Below are positions 26,201 to 38,640 of a stretch of DNA of 64,000 bases, piece by piece. Location: contig CM126214.1 in NCBI GenBank assembly GCA_052327205.1, positions 171,554,001-171,618,000 of the forward strand, given 5' to 3'. Positions within the stretch are counted from its first letter, which is position 1; each line of letters begins with the position of its first letter. The notes below the pieces were generated by a model. It worked only from the letters and a program-made list of their open reading frames with translations, had not been told where the DNA came from and ran no database searches. A program made the position numbers and the translations under genes. This stretch comes from Somniosus microcephalus. Lineage: Eukaryota.

Positions 26201-28039
26201 GGGGGGAGCAGACAGATCGCGGAGGTGGGGGTGGGATGGTTTACTGGGTAGCTTGTTGGGCTTGGAGGAAACGCACACTCCTGCTCCTTCTTGCCCACAA
26301 GCAGTGCTTTAAAGGCACTTACCTCATGGATTCAGCCCTTCTCATGTCCTTTCACCTGCTGGGTTTCCCGATTCCTGGGAAACCTGGCCGACTTGTGTTT
26401 AAAAATAGAATGAACGTTAAAATGAAGGCTGGCAGCTTCATTATAATATTTAAATGACCAGCACGCCTCCCATGAGCGGATTGGTCGCCTGCCCCCTGTC
26501 CTGCCTCCATTAAAACCAGAAGTGGGCGGGTGGGGTTCCTGTTTCAGATTTTTAGAATTTTAACCTTTGACCTGACCCCAGTATTCTGACCAATAGTATC
26601 TGAGTTTACTTCTGCTGTGATTCAGTTACCATTTGCCTCTGGTCCTATTGTATTTATATGTATTTTGCTTTAGGTTTACATCTTCAGAATTTATGTTAAA
26701 TCAAAATCCTGTTAGTTATAAAATGTCAGAATTTGTTGCTGTTAGAAAACCTGTTTTTTTAATAATGATGGAGTTCACTAACTTCTCTCCCTCCCTTCAC
26801 TTGATTGCGCATTCCCAGTCAATGCATGCCAGAAACGCACATTTTTTTCCCCTTGTACCCAACACAACTTAATCGTGGTTATCCCAACTCACACAAAAAC
26901 AGTTAAAATCTATTCTAGTTATGGCAGCTTCCCCAAGTTACTGAGTTAACCATAATCCAGTGCAAAATGATCTTTTCCTCCCTCCCCAAACCGAGTCACC
27001 TTTTTCGTGACAAACTCTACAGATATATCGTTCAACAAATATAAAATCTTATTGCACAGCCATTCAACAATTTGTTTTTTGTCTAAAGGGACAGTGTTTG
27101 TGCATTCTAGAAGAAATTGCTTTACAAGTTCAAGCAGTAACAGGGCAGAGTAACTTAACTATTCAGTCATGATTTAATAACTAGTTAGCTTTTAATAATT
27201 TCATATGTACAGCTGCAAAGATTCTAAATATCATTCTGAGCATGGAGATTTTATTGTAAACTTATTTATAAATTCTACTGCAGCCATCAGTTTTTGTGTC
27301 CTTAAAAAGTTCTTGAGTACTTGGGTGGCATAATACCCATTAAGGAATCACTTGCACTACAGTTGCCATTCTTATGCCAGTCGCTGTAGTTTGGGTTCTA
27401 GCCAGGCAGAATCCTGTTTACACTTGTTGGCTCCTGGTTGGCTAGAACATAACTGTCCTGCTCGGGAGAGAAGCTCTGTGCAAGCCTGGATACACACGTG
27501 CACAGAGTCTCCCAAAAAGTAGAATTACAGATGTTTAGAGAGTGGGGAGGGGAGAATCTCTGTTTTCTAAATAATTCAATTCAGGGCAGGTAGGTTTACA
27601 AAGAGTTCCGCTGACCACCTAAGCACATGGCAAAGCATGATTTGACGCCATACTGGACAAACCGTGCAGGCAATATTGAACCAAAGCAGTGCGAGGCGAC
27701 CCCCGCCAGGGAATCTCCACTTTGCGTTGGAATTGGGTTGGGGCTGGATTTGCACTACCAGTTTAGCATCCATGTGAGCCTGAAACTGCTGCATGACAAC
27801 ACTAAACTTGCAGTATAGATGCACCCAAAGTCGGAGTTCAGGAGAACTGGAGCCAGCCTTGATACCTTTGTGTGTTGTAAGAATTTAACTCTGTTTTGCT
27901 AACAGTGGGTTCTGGGAAGTACTCTGATTAACAGAAACACGTTTGTGTATAAAGTGTAACATCAAATGTATACTCGAGCAGTTCTAATAAGTAAACTTTC
28001 TTTTCTAAATCTAAAATGTGATACAGAAGAAAAATATTA

Positions 28040-28255
28040 CATGTAGGTAGTGCCTTATTGCATCTCGAACCACTCCACGTGAATGTGATGAATTACTTTG
28101 CAATCCAGCGCCTGTGATTATGTCGGTAAACACACAGCTATTGTGCATACAGCAAGATCCCACACACAGCAATGCAATGAATGACAAGTTAGTTTTTTTT
28201 AGTGATGTTGGGAAACTCCCTGCACCTCTTCGAATAATGCCATCGATCTTTTAAT
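28040..28255 (-). mobile_element. DeuSINE-like fragment
   Basis: cagcaagatcccacacacagcaatg...tttagtgatgttgg...aactccctgc...aataatgccat; paralogous to 51000-51330. Confidence 0.55.
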
Positions 28256-28364
28256 GTCAAATTTTATATAGAAGCAAAGTTTATTTCTCTTGCCTAACTA
28301 AAACTTTGTCTGTATGGTACATGAAAGTTAATGTGCCACTCATACTTCTTTATCTTTCCTGCAG

Positions 28365-28472
28365 CAATGAAATGTGCCATTTCTTTTCTGAACTACCTGA
28401 TGAAGATTCAAGCACCTTCCATTCACGAGAAATCTATCCATATTCAGATGGTGAATGGTCTTCTATTGAGAG
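28365..28472 (+). CDS. LPIN3: Lipin coding exon 4
   Basis: ctgcag|c NEMCHFFSELPDEDSSTFHSREIYPYSDGEWSSIE ag|gtataa; contains the lipin SDGxWS motif; 108 nt. Confidence 0.85.
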
Positions 28473-28561
28473 GTATAATTACTGAAGTTAAAGTTTTTAA
28501 AGTTTGTTATCTTTGTTGCAGTAATGTTATGAAAATTATATAACACAATTAATTTTTTTAG

Positions 28562-28682
28562 CCATTCCTATGACCGATTTTCATCACCAAATAGTGACTC
28601 TGAATTGGTTGTAAAATCGCACGAAGGATCCTTTATGGGAGCAGAGTCTCGGATGCAGTGGGCTTGGGGCGGTTTTCCACAG
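28562..28682 (+). CDS. LPIN3: Lipin coding exon 5
   Basis: ttttag|c HSYDRFSSPNSDSELVVKSHEGSFMGAESRMQWAWGGFPQ|gtacag, 121 nt. Confidence 0.9.
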
Positions 28683-29353
28683 GTACAGTATCTATTGATA
28701 ATAACTTTGTTAAATATTTGTACTACTGTACTTCATAATCTCAATTCCAGGCAATTTGTAATCAGTTTCTGCATCTGTATAAAAATTAAGCCAGTCATTG
28801 CCCTGGAGCCTGCAATTTACAAGTGGTTCCAAGTGCTCTATGATTAACCTCAGCAATTTATGAGGACTATTTAGAGCAGTGGTCTTGAGGGTTAGCAGCT
28901 AAACCTCACGAACATGATGCCGATCAAAGACTATAGATGAACAACACCAAGGAAGATCTGCTCGTTGATTTTAAATTTTTTTATTATCCATTTTTGTCAG
29001 AGCTTTGAATGTTTGTTTTTTAAATTGGCTAATTATGTCAGCATAAATGTTTTCAAATCCTGTCTGATAATCTAACTTCAATCTTTATAAAGTTTTAGGT
29101 TTCTAAACACAACATATTTCCAGCAAAAGGGTAGCTTAAGAAAAAAACTTTTCAGAGTTTTATCTTTACTGATGGCATATTGTGTTGTATTAATTTAGTG
29201 TAAAACATTTTTAATACTTATAAAGCATTTCTCCTATTTTTGTTGTTTTATAAATGTTAAAAGTTGTTCACTTATATTTCAAAGCGTTTATAGTGAAGAA
29301 TGTTCCAAATCACAACTTAATAGCTGTGTAAAGAAATGGCTTTCATCTTACAG

Positions 29354-29855
29354 GTCAGTAAAATGGAAAAGCCTGAGCAACCAAGAGTAGTTACCATTAC
29401 CCCTTCTGAGCATACACATTTCCGAGTCATTGTGGACAACAGTGCAACAGATGCAACTGCTTGTGATTCCTCTGAAATCAATAATACCATAACCATTTTG
29501 AAGCCTCAGCCTCAAAGAACCCAAAGAAGTCCTGCATTGCTTGAAACATCCACGGAACAGGCGGCTCCATCCGCAACAAAGCCAACTTTTCTAGAAGACA
29601 TCCCTTGGTCAGAACAAACCGAAGTTGTGACGGAGATTTTTGGAACAGATATTGCAGTCCAAACAGCGCTATTGGAAATTACTGAAACGTGTACATCAGA
29701 AGAGCAAGATGTTGAAGTCATTCAGTCCACTGCTCAGCCAGAAACTGAGCCAGAAAATGAAAGCCCACCCACTTTAGAAAGCAGTAATAGTCCAACGCAG
29801 CAGGCGTCGTGCCTAGATGCCAGTGTAAAAACAGAAGAAACAGATAAAAAGAAAG
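29354..29855 (+). CDS. LPIN3: Lipin coding exon 6
   Basis: ttacag|VSKMEKPEQPRVVTITPSEHTHFRVI...TDKKK g|gtaaat, 502 nt. Confidence 0.9.
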
Positions 29856-30060
29856 GTAAATACAAATGTAACGTTTTGCTGTGGTATTTATAGGTTTTTC
29901 GCTAAGTTATGGATCCCTTTTCTAGAAATGTACGCTCGTGTACAGTTTATACATTTTACCTATCACTAAAGAGGCAAAAAGCATATTAGTGTGATTCATA
30001 TCATTTATTTTCAGGAACATAATATATTTACAGCTATATTACATTCAAAGTTTTGATTTT

Positions 30061-30789
30061 GGGCCGTATTTTCCGATCGGAGGCTTCCTGCGTGCGGAGG
30101 CCTCCGATCTGGGAAAAATCTACGGACTTAACTGAGTGTTCCCGAGGTCCGGACACTTCCGCTCCTGGGCCTCTCCAACTCGAAATGCGCAGGGCCCACG
30201 TATCCCAGAGGTGCATGCAGTTCGCAAGCGTCCCTGGGATCACGTGGGCCAGGCCAGCCAATCAAAGAAGGGAATCTCCCTTCATACACTTGACAGATAG
30301 ACCTGTCAAATATATGAATGGAGTTCACCCCAAAAACACTGTAAAACATTAAATAATTTTTTTTTTAAATCACATTTTTAAAATTAGTTGAAATTACAAT
30401 AAATTAAATATTTTAAACAAAATTAATTTTTTGAAAAAAGTAATTAAAGTTTTTTACGGGGCTAAAAATAAACATACCTTTTTAAAAGTATATTTAAATG
30501 ATAAATGAGTGCTTTCCCTTTTTTCAAATCTTATGCTGGTAAAAGCGGGCCTTACGCCTGCTTTTACCAGGCGTAAGATTTCTAAGGGTTCTCTGCGGGC
30601 GGAGGTTCTCCAGAAAGCCGAACTATCCGCCCGCAGAGGCCCTTCTCTAGGGCAGGCGTCCAATCTGTCAACAGCATTCTTGATGGATCGGAAATGCTGG
30701 TTGCGCTTGCCTGAAACCGGCATTTCCGATGTCCTTACGAGGTGTGTACACAGCGCGTACACACCCGTAGGGATCGGAATATCCGGCCC
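30061..30789. mobile_element. Non-autonomous DNA transposon with GGGC termini (PIF/Harbinger-like)
   Basis: TIR gggccgtattttccgatc versus gatcggaatatccggccc (16/18); GC-rich arms and an AT-rich core. No clear TSD. Confidence 0.65.
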
Positions 30790-30924
30790 ATTGATATTTG
30801 ATTTTGATGTAATGATAAAATACTACCATATAAACAAAACCAAAAATATTTTTCTATGTCACAATTTACGCAAGATCGTGAATAACCTAGTAAAGGTGCA
30901 TCATTTTTCAACAGCTGCAACAGC

Positions 30925-31240
30925 AGCAACTTGCATTTATATCGAGGCTTTAATGTAGAAAAACATCCCAGAAAGGTATTCAAAATTTGACACTCAGCCA
31001 GAAAAGGAGGTATTAGGAGGTTGACTAAAAGCTTGGTTAAAGAGGTAGGTTTTAAGGAGGATCTTAAAGGAGGAGAGAGAGCCGATGAGGTTTAGGGAGG
31101 GAATTCCAGAGCGTCGGGCCTAGGCAGCTGAAGACACAACCACCAGCAGTGGGGCACTGGGAGTGGGGATTCTCAGGAGGCCAGAGTTGGAGGAACATAA
31201 AGTTCCCCAAGATTGTAGGACTGGAGGAGTTTTAAAATTG
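30925..31240 (-). mobile_element. L2-like 3' fragment
   Basis: Reverse complement matches 57300-57420 (ctctggaattccctccctaaacct...tttaag..ctcct.aaaac.tacctcttt.accaagctttt). Confidence 0.7.
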
Positions 31241-31345
31241 TGATGATAAATTAAGTTTTTGTCTTGTTTTAGTTCAAACAGTACTTTAAAATAGCTAGAA
31301 TTAAAATGGAAGCTGTCTTCCTTGCCAAACCTGATAATGGAGACT

Positions 31346-32027
31346 TCTCTTCTTCTTAGGCAGTCCCTCGGAACCGAGGATGACTTGCTTCCACATTAAA
31401 AATGAGTTCTCAGGTGACTGATGAGTCCAATGCAGGACCTACAGTCTCTGTCACAGGTGGGGCAGACGGTGGTTGAAGGGGCGGGTGGGTGGGGTGCTTG
31501 GGTTGACGTGCGCTCCTTGCGCTGCCTGCGCTTGGCTTCCGCTTGCTCCCGGCGAAGAGACTCGAGGTGTTCGGCGCCTTCCCGGATGCTTCTCCTCCAC
31601 TTTGTGCGGTCTTGGGCCAGGGATTCCCAGGTGTCGGTGAGGATGTTATACTTAGTGGGCACTAAGCTCATGGTCTACAGAGCAGCAGTGATACCCACTC
31701 TGCTGTATGCCTCAGAGATATGGACCATGTACAGCAGGCACCTCAAAGCACTGGAGAGGTACCACCAACGCTGTCTCCGCAAGATCCTGCAAATCCATTG
31801 GCAGGATAGGCGCACCAACATCAGTGTTCTTGCTCAAGCCAACATCCCCAGCATCGAAGCTTTGACCACGCTCAATCAGCTCCGATGGATGGGTCACATT
31901 GTCCGCATGCCCGATACGAGACTCCCAAAATAAGCGCTCTACTTGAAACTCCGACACGGCAAGAGAGCCCCAGGTGGGCAGAGGAAACGCTTCAAGGACA
32001 CCCTCAAAGCCTCCTTGAAAAAGTGTA
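31346..32027 (-). mobile_element. RTE-clade LINE, 5'-truncated with 5' inversion
   Basis: The minus part 31346-31655 ends ...CPTCDRDCRSCIGLISHLRTH plus a (GAA)n tail; the plus part 31658-32027 reads TKLMVYRAAVIPTLLY...KDTLKASLKK. Flanks are aatggagact and aatggagtct. Confidence 0.85.
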
Positions 32028-32074
32028 AATGGAGTCTGGAGTTTAGTTGTCGGGTGAGACCCAGACCAGATAGT

Positions 32075-32815
32075 ATAAGAACATAAGAAATAGGAGCAGG
32101 AGTAGGCCAATCGGCCCCTCGAGCCTGCTCCGCCATTCAATAAGATCATGGCTGATCTGATCCTAACCGCCAATCTACTATCACAGAACCATCTCCTGAA
32201 TCTAACAGAATTAGACACACAAAATAGGAGCAGGATCAGGCTACACGGCCCCTGGGCCCGCTCCGCTACCCACAGGGCCATGACCAATCCGAACCTAGAC
32301 TCATGTCCAAATTCCTGCCCACTCCCCATAACCCTTAATTCCCTTTACTTCTAGGAAACTGTCTATTTCTGTTTTAAATTTATGTAATGATGTAGCTTCT
32401 ACAGCTTTTTGGGGCAGCATATTCCATGGACCTACCACCCTCTGAGTGAAGTAGTTCCTCCTCATCTCTGTTTTGAAAGAGCAGCCCCTTATTCTAAGAC
32501 TATGCCCCCTAGTTCTAGTTTCACCCATCATCGGGAACATCCTCCCCGCATCCACCCGATCCAACCCCTTCACAATCTTATATGTTTCAATAAGATCGCC
32601 TCTCATTCTTCTGAACTCCAATGAGTAGAGTCCCAATCTACTCAACCTCTCCTCATATGTCCATCCCCTCATCCCCGGGATTAACCGAGTGAACCTTCTT
32701 TGTACTGACTCGAGAGCAAGTATGTCTTTTCTTAAGTATGGACACCAAAACTGTACGCAGTATTCCAGGTGCGGTCTCACCAATACCTTGTACAACTGAA
32801 GCAATACCTCCCTAT
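32075..32815 (-). mobile_element. CR1 3' fragment with a second CR1 tail
   Basis: ORF 32301..32804(-): LVRPHLEYC...GIKGYGEWAG. Confidence 0.9.
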
Positions 32816-33779
32816 TTTTGCTCCGTAAACTTGTCAGTGTACAGAGTCTTTGACCCAGGTGCTAATTAAATTGTACATGGCCAATATGTAAGACCTGGAT
32901 GAGGTGTGAACAGCTGCTCTTGAGCAGGATATCATGTCCTATTGTGTTGTAGAAATTTTGGAACCTTGTCGAAAGCGCGCTCATCCTTAATTCTCACTGG
33001 AGATCTGACCTTTGTGGGAGGACTGGAAATTTGCGTAATCCACATACCAACATTGCATATGTTTTGCCTGCAAGTTATGTTGATTATCAAGGGGTGTAAG
33101 ATGTACATTCTAAAAAGGATATTTTAACCCTTGTGGAGTGAATCTATCTTCTAAATAGTGTACCCTCTGTATCTTGTGTCTCACTGCTTCTGTGTATTAT
33201 TCTACATGTAAATTAATCTGACTGTTAGTTTTAGCTTGTACACATTCATGTGACAGCTTGGTATCTTCCACCTTTTTTGAGAAAAAAAAGGAACACGAAC
33301 TGGACATTTCAAGTGATCTCTCTAATTGATACCATGATTTACAGGTAATTATTAATCCAGTGGTACATTACCCCACACACTGCATGTGCAAGGGAGCAGG
33401 TTTTGGTTCATAGGTCTGCATATGGAAGCTGTTTTTCTGTGTGAGCACCAAGTATTGGAAGAAAGCCTGAACTGCTATAACGCTTTCCTGTCTTAGTATG
33501 CATTTTTTTTGCTTTGTTTTTAAACACATTTTCCCCCTTTGCATGAAAATCTGTATCCTAGAACTTTGCAGCCACATCTGCTCAAGTGGAGGTAAACAAG
33601 GACATAGACTGGTTGGGGTGGCTGGCTTGGTTTTATAGTATAACTTCTATGTAACTGATGGCAGTTGTCCCAGTATCAATTGGAACACTTCAAAGTAGGA
33701 AGGCAACAATGAAAATGGGGTAAGACTGTATATTGAGAGCTGGGAAGAGCTTCTCTGATGGCCTTGGAAGCAAAGGTAC

Positions 33780-34085
33780 CAGCTTTGATTTTTGATCTGT
33801 GCTGAATTAGGTGGTTTCAGCAACAATTTGCCTCGCCTTCCTTGGGCTTGGGAAGAGGATTCCTGCTTCTAATCGCTATCCAGCAACCCTTGCTGGAAAG
33901 TGTGTGCACATTGGGTGAGAACAGAATTGTGTAAAGGTATGAGGCATTACACAGTCAAATAGCCTGTCACACTCACTGTTCAGACTGATGCATGCTGAAT
34001 GATCAAATTACCAGAAGGCTGCTGGCACTTGTACAACCATAGCCCAACAAGAGCTGGCACATTCAAGCGAGGGGAGCGGAAATGG
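33780..34085 (+). mobile_element. Old SINE-like repeat
   Basis: tttgatctgtgctgaattag...ttcctgcttctaatcgctatccagc...; similar in reverse to ~46480-46690. Confidence 0.4.
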
Positions 34086-36435
34086 GGCACAGGATGGATG
34101 GAAAAGCTGGGAGTGTGTTGTGTACTGTAAAATCACTCGTGGTTTAACATTGTTCAAGCAATCAGTTTTATGATTTCACCCTTAACTACCATAAATTCTC
34201 TTGTATACAAAGTACTGTAAAAAGCTATAAAGTGTGGCAATTGGAAAAAAAATCAACTTTTATGAGTTTCATGGTATAAACTTTCATTTCATTGGTGCCA
34301 CCAGGTGCAGCACTTCAGGGAGCAGTTGACTAGCTAGATGTCAGGTTGTTGGAGTCGTGTGTGTGTCTGTCAAACAGAAGAGTTTTAGATGCAGGCTAAT
34401 CTTTTACAGAAAAGAGAAAGCAAACCAGTCGCTGATCCTGGTTCTTGAAATTTACAAGCAATTTGCTGCTCTCTTGTCGCTCTCCGCTACAGTTAGAAGG
34501 AAGCAGCTACAATTACATGGATTTCTACAGGGAGGACTTGAGCAGCGGCCTTAACTCTTCCTCCTATCATATTTTAGAGTTTCACAAAAGGCTTGGCTGT
34601 ACCTAGCAGTAGTAAAATATCAAAATTGCAATTAATTAAACTCCAAAAGAAAAAAATGTAAAATGCATATAGTTTTGAATATCATATTTAGAAATATGTT
34701 CAAAGGTGTTGGTCAGAATCAAGATTCAGAAGACTGTAAATGGTTCAAGTTTCATGCCATATTTTAGATTGTCGTCCAAATCGCCCAAATGTGTAACATA
34801 CTCCCAATCATTGTTTATTCAGTCACGTATAAAATGGTAATGTTTTCACCAGACAATATTGGATCTCCTGTGGTGCTGTTCATGGGTAGTTCACAGGTCT
34901 GCAGCATGGTTGTAATGATTGGTTGGTTGCTAACCTGGCCTGATGCTTTTGATGTTTACAAACCATGATGATAGATGGGCTGATGATGGATTCAGCTGAC
35001 CTGAATAGGGTATTTAAGCGACAGTGGTTTTATTTAGAGATATGACAAATCTGTACATAATATGTAGAAATAAAGACCCCACAATAGGAGAGACTCGATG
35101 GCAGTAACGTTGGATGTAGTTATCCTGCCACTTCTGCATCGATGTAAAGCCGAACAAAACGATGGTAAGGTACTGATCTAGAACGTTGCAGTGTTCGACC
35201 ACTTGGGTTTGACACCATGTAGAATGTAACTAGTGTGGTTAAGGTCACCTACCCTAACCTCCTCCAACTTACTCCTGCTCGGATTTGATGCCTACCGTGG
35301 GATGTTTCACTATGTTAAAGGTATTTATAAATGTAAGTTCTGTTTGAGAGTGCTGTGCGCAGCCACAAATTCAAAAAACTTTTACTTGGTCTGTCCTTTT
35401 GTGTTGTTACTCAATAGTAGCTTCATGTTATCATCAAATAGTTTGCTGTCTCCCCACCAGGAGCAGCCACTCTTTCAGCCATGATGCACCAACCCTGTGG
35501 AACTCCCTTCCTTCAGCATCTCCACTTGCATATTCCTCTGTCTTTTGTGTCTTGTGTTTTACTTTCAACTTCTGTTGTTAACTAGCAACCCGTAACTGAG
35601 GGTGGATATTGGATACACTTGCATGATTGCTTTGACCAATATGTGTCTCAATCTTCCTGTTGACTCCATTCTCTATCTCTGCCTTCCCCCCACCCCACTC
35701 CCATCGATCCCACTACAAAATGCTTCAGAGACCCTGATTGTTTCAGTCCGCTTATTTTCTTTGTCCCAGTCAACAAATTTGGAAGGAAAACTGCAGGTAG
35801 CAGATTTGATTTCCATCAGAAGTTTCTTGGTTTTTTTTGGAATTTTATTTTGTTCACTTATCATTTTCTTTCCTGAACTCTGCCTATAGTTGCAACTCCT
35901 ATTTCTGGAAATTGGTAGTAGACAGATTGAAGCCTTGGGTAATGTGTCAACACTTGAGACAGTGGCTTCAGCTGAGACCCTGTCAACTACAAACAAATGA
36001 AGTAATGAGGTATGGTACTCCCAGGATCCTAATGGAGAGCAACAAGGTGAACCAGTTCAGTGAATCCGCACTCAAACTGTTCAGAGTTCTTGGTTGGAAT
36101 GAAGACTGATACCACATGAATGGACTGCACTCAAATAAAATAGCTCTTTGCATTTGGTAGACCTTTTTCAAGATTTTAAAAATGAGGTTTTGGACAAAGT
36201 AGTGAGTTTTGAATTGATGTGATTTATTCGTTCACTATTAAAATTAGTTTAAACTAGTCCCAGAAAGTTTATATTTGTATATACGAGCAGATAAATAGGC
36301 AGCTGTTATATTTCAAACTTCAATACTGAATATTATCCAATTTCAATATTAACAACTCATTCTAAACTGATACGTGTAACTATTTTTCAAGCAAATACAT
36401 GGTAGGTACTGAGACGGGATTGCAATAATCATAAA

Positions 36436-36540
36436 ATCAAAACAGAAAACACTGGAAATAATCATCAGATCAGGTCAGGTAGCATCTGTGGAGAGAGAAA
36501 CAGAGTTAACGTTTCAGGTCGATGAGCTTTCGTCAGAATG
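36436..36540 (-). mobile_element. Penelope pLTR fragment with hammerhead-like core
   Basis: Minus strand: tt CTGACGA aagctc atc gacct GAAAC gttaact ctgtttctctctccacagatgct. Confidence 0.7.
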
Positions 36541-36632
36541 ATTGCTTTAATCATATTTAGGTTTTTTTTTAAATGGCAGATGCAAAGAATATAAATGAAC
36601 GCTAATATTACATTCTTTGTGTTCTGGGATAG

Positions 36633-36732
36633 GTGGACCTAAAAGAAGCCAGCATCTGGGTCCTTGTGATATCTATTTGGATGACCTACAAAAGTTGGAT
36701 CCTAATATTGCGGCTCTGTATTTCCCAAAGAG
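36633..36732 (+). CDS. LPIN3: Lipin coding exon 7
   Basis: gatag|gt [32 protein letters not shown] ag|gtactg, 100 nt; HLGP resembles lipin-3. Confidence 0.95.
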
Positions 36733-36894
36733 GTACTGTGATCAAAATGTACAGATAAAAGGAATTCAGCAAAAGAATTCAGCAGACTGATAATAGCAGT
36801 ATATTCATTTACTCTGTTACTTCTAACCATAAAGGCTGCTTGGCACAGGAAATGTTTTATTTGATGTTTATTCGACTGTGACATCATCTTATGT

Positions 36895-37676
36895 TTAATG
36901 TTGTGGGGACAGAGGAGTGTGCAGGGACAGAGGGACCTGGTGTGCGTGGGTCTCCGAGGGTGGCGGGGCATGTGGGATCTTGGGCTTCGTAGGTGGGGGT
37001 GTTGGGTGCAAAGGTGGAGAGGTTGTGCTGAACCTTTGTGGCGCGTTGGTTGGGCCAGAACTGGAGTGTTGCATCCGGTTCTGGTCGCCGCACTTTGGGA
37101 GGGATGTGGGGACCCTTGAGAGGATGCAGAGGAGACTTACCGGAGTGTTTCCGGGGATGGGGATCTTGGCTGCAGGGACAGGTTGGAGAGGCTGGATTCT
37201 ATTTTCTCTCCATGGATGTTGCATGGCCTGCTGAGTTTTTCCAGCATTTTCTGTTGTTATTCTGGATTTGTTTTCATTTGAGCAGGGGAGGTTGAGGGGT
37301 GGTTTGGTGGAGGTGTGCAGGATTGTGGCGGGTTTGGATAGGCTAGACGGGGAGAGGCTGTTCCCACTGCTTAATGGTGCAGGGACGGGGGGATGCAGAT
37401 TTGGGGTTTTGGGCGAGAGATGCGGGGGGATGTGGGGAGAGACTTTTTTGCACGGCAGGTGGTGATGGCCTGGAATTCGCTGATGACTGAGGTGGTGGAG
37501 GCGGAGACACTCAGTGTTTTCAGTGGGAGGCTGGATGGACACTTGGGGGAGGTGGTCTTACAGGGCTGCGGGGATGGAGTGGGGGAATAGGACTGACTGG
37601 ATTGCTCTGCGGGGAGCTGGCGTGGACTCGATGGGCCGGATGGCCTCCTTCTGTGCCGTTGTGACTCTTATGACTC
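36895..37676 (+). mobile_element. CR1 3' fragment with heavy A-to-G substitution, containing a Penelope pLTR piece (~37195-37268)
   Basis: Translates as LVGPELECCIRFWSPHFGRDV (family LVRPQLEYCVQFWSPHFRKDV) and FSFEQGRLRGGLVEVCRIV (family FSLEQRRLRGDLIEVYKIM); tail gactcttatgactc. Confidence 0.85.
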
Positions 37677-38640
37677 ATTTTAGACAGTAAAATGTACTTG
37701 TATATAGTTCTTTTGAATTGTGTTGACTAAAACAAAATGGTACTGATACGGAGTTGTGTAATCTGATTACTTGGGACTACTCTAATTGACAGTGTGTTGT
37801 AAAGAACAATAAGATGAGCTATGCGGTCCTAAACATTGTGTTAAACATCAGGCCTCAGTTTCTTACTGGTGGTTGTAATGAGAGGCTAAGAGGAAATGGA
37901 TGAAAGCAGGTTAAAAAGAGAGGGGAAATGGAAGAGGAGATGAAATGTGGAGAACATCAGGTACAAAAATAAGTGGAAAAATGTGAAGTATGAAACTCGA
38001 AGGGTTGGAAGCTGTGGCAGGCAGGAATAACCCGGGATGGCTGGGAGAAAGTGAAATATGATGCCCTAGAATTTGTGGTATTATTAAACTGTTCACGATA
38101 GGTTTTAGATTTTGAAAAATCTAACCAAATTTGTTTTTGGACAAATTAATTTTGCTGCATATACTTTTGATGTTATAGTGTGCTGACAATTTAGTTGACC
38201 AAACAGGCGATGGCCTCTTGGTTTCCTAAATTGCCACCTGTGAAGGCCATTAGATTTATTTTGAAGAACTAATTGGCTCAGAGATGGAGAACTCATAAAA
38301 GACGTAAAAAGAGTGCAAGCAACGCTCAGATAGTTTGAGAGTGTGAATGCAGTAGAGAGAGAAATAGAGAATGGGAGAATTTATTGAGTCTGCTGTTGGA
38401 AGTTACAAATGACCAAAATCGTTTTGCTGTTTCAGTAAAGCTCACATAGTTATTGGGTCTTGTATATATGTCGATCCTTTTCCGTAAATAATTATTTGTG
38501 AACTCAGAAGTGGTACAGTAAAGACTGGAAAAAAATTCAAGATACAAACTATCAGTCAAAAATGTCAGAAGTGTCACGGGGCATAGGTAGGAATTGTACT
38601 TGTGTTATCCATTCAATAGCTTGAGTCCCCACAATGGGTT

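Noticed and set aside
25892-26457. Pro- and Gly-rich repetitive ORFs
   Set aside because: Translations of the 25-bp minisatellite.
36884-37590. Cluster of overlapping ORFs suggesting a novel gene
   Set aside because: Stop codons were lost through A depletion of a CR1 fragment; the peptides are distorted CR1 ORF2.
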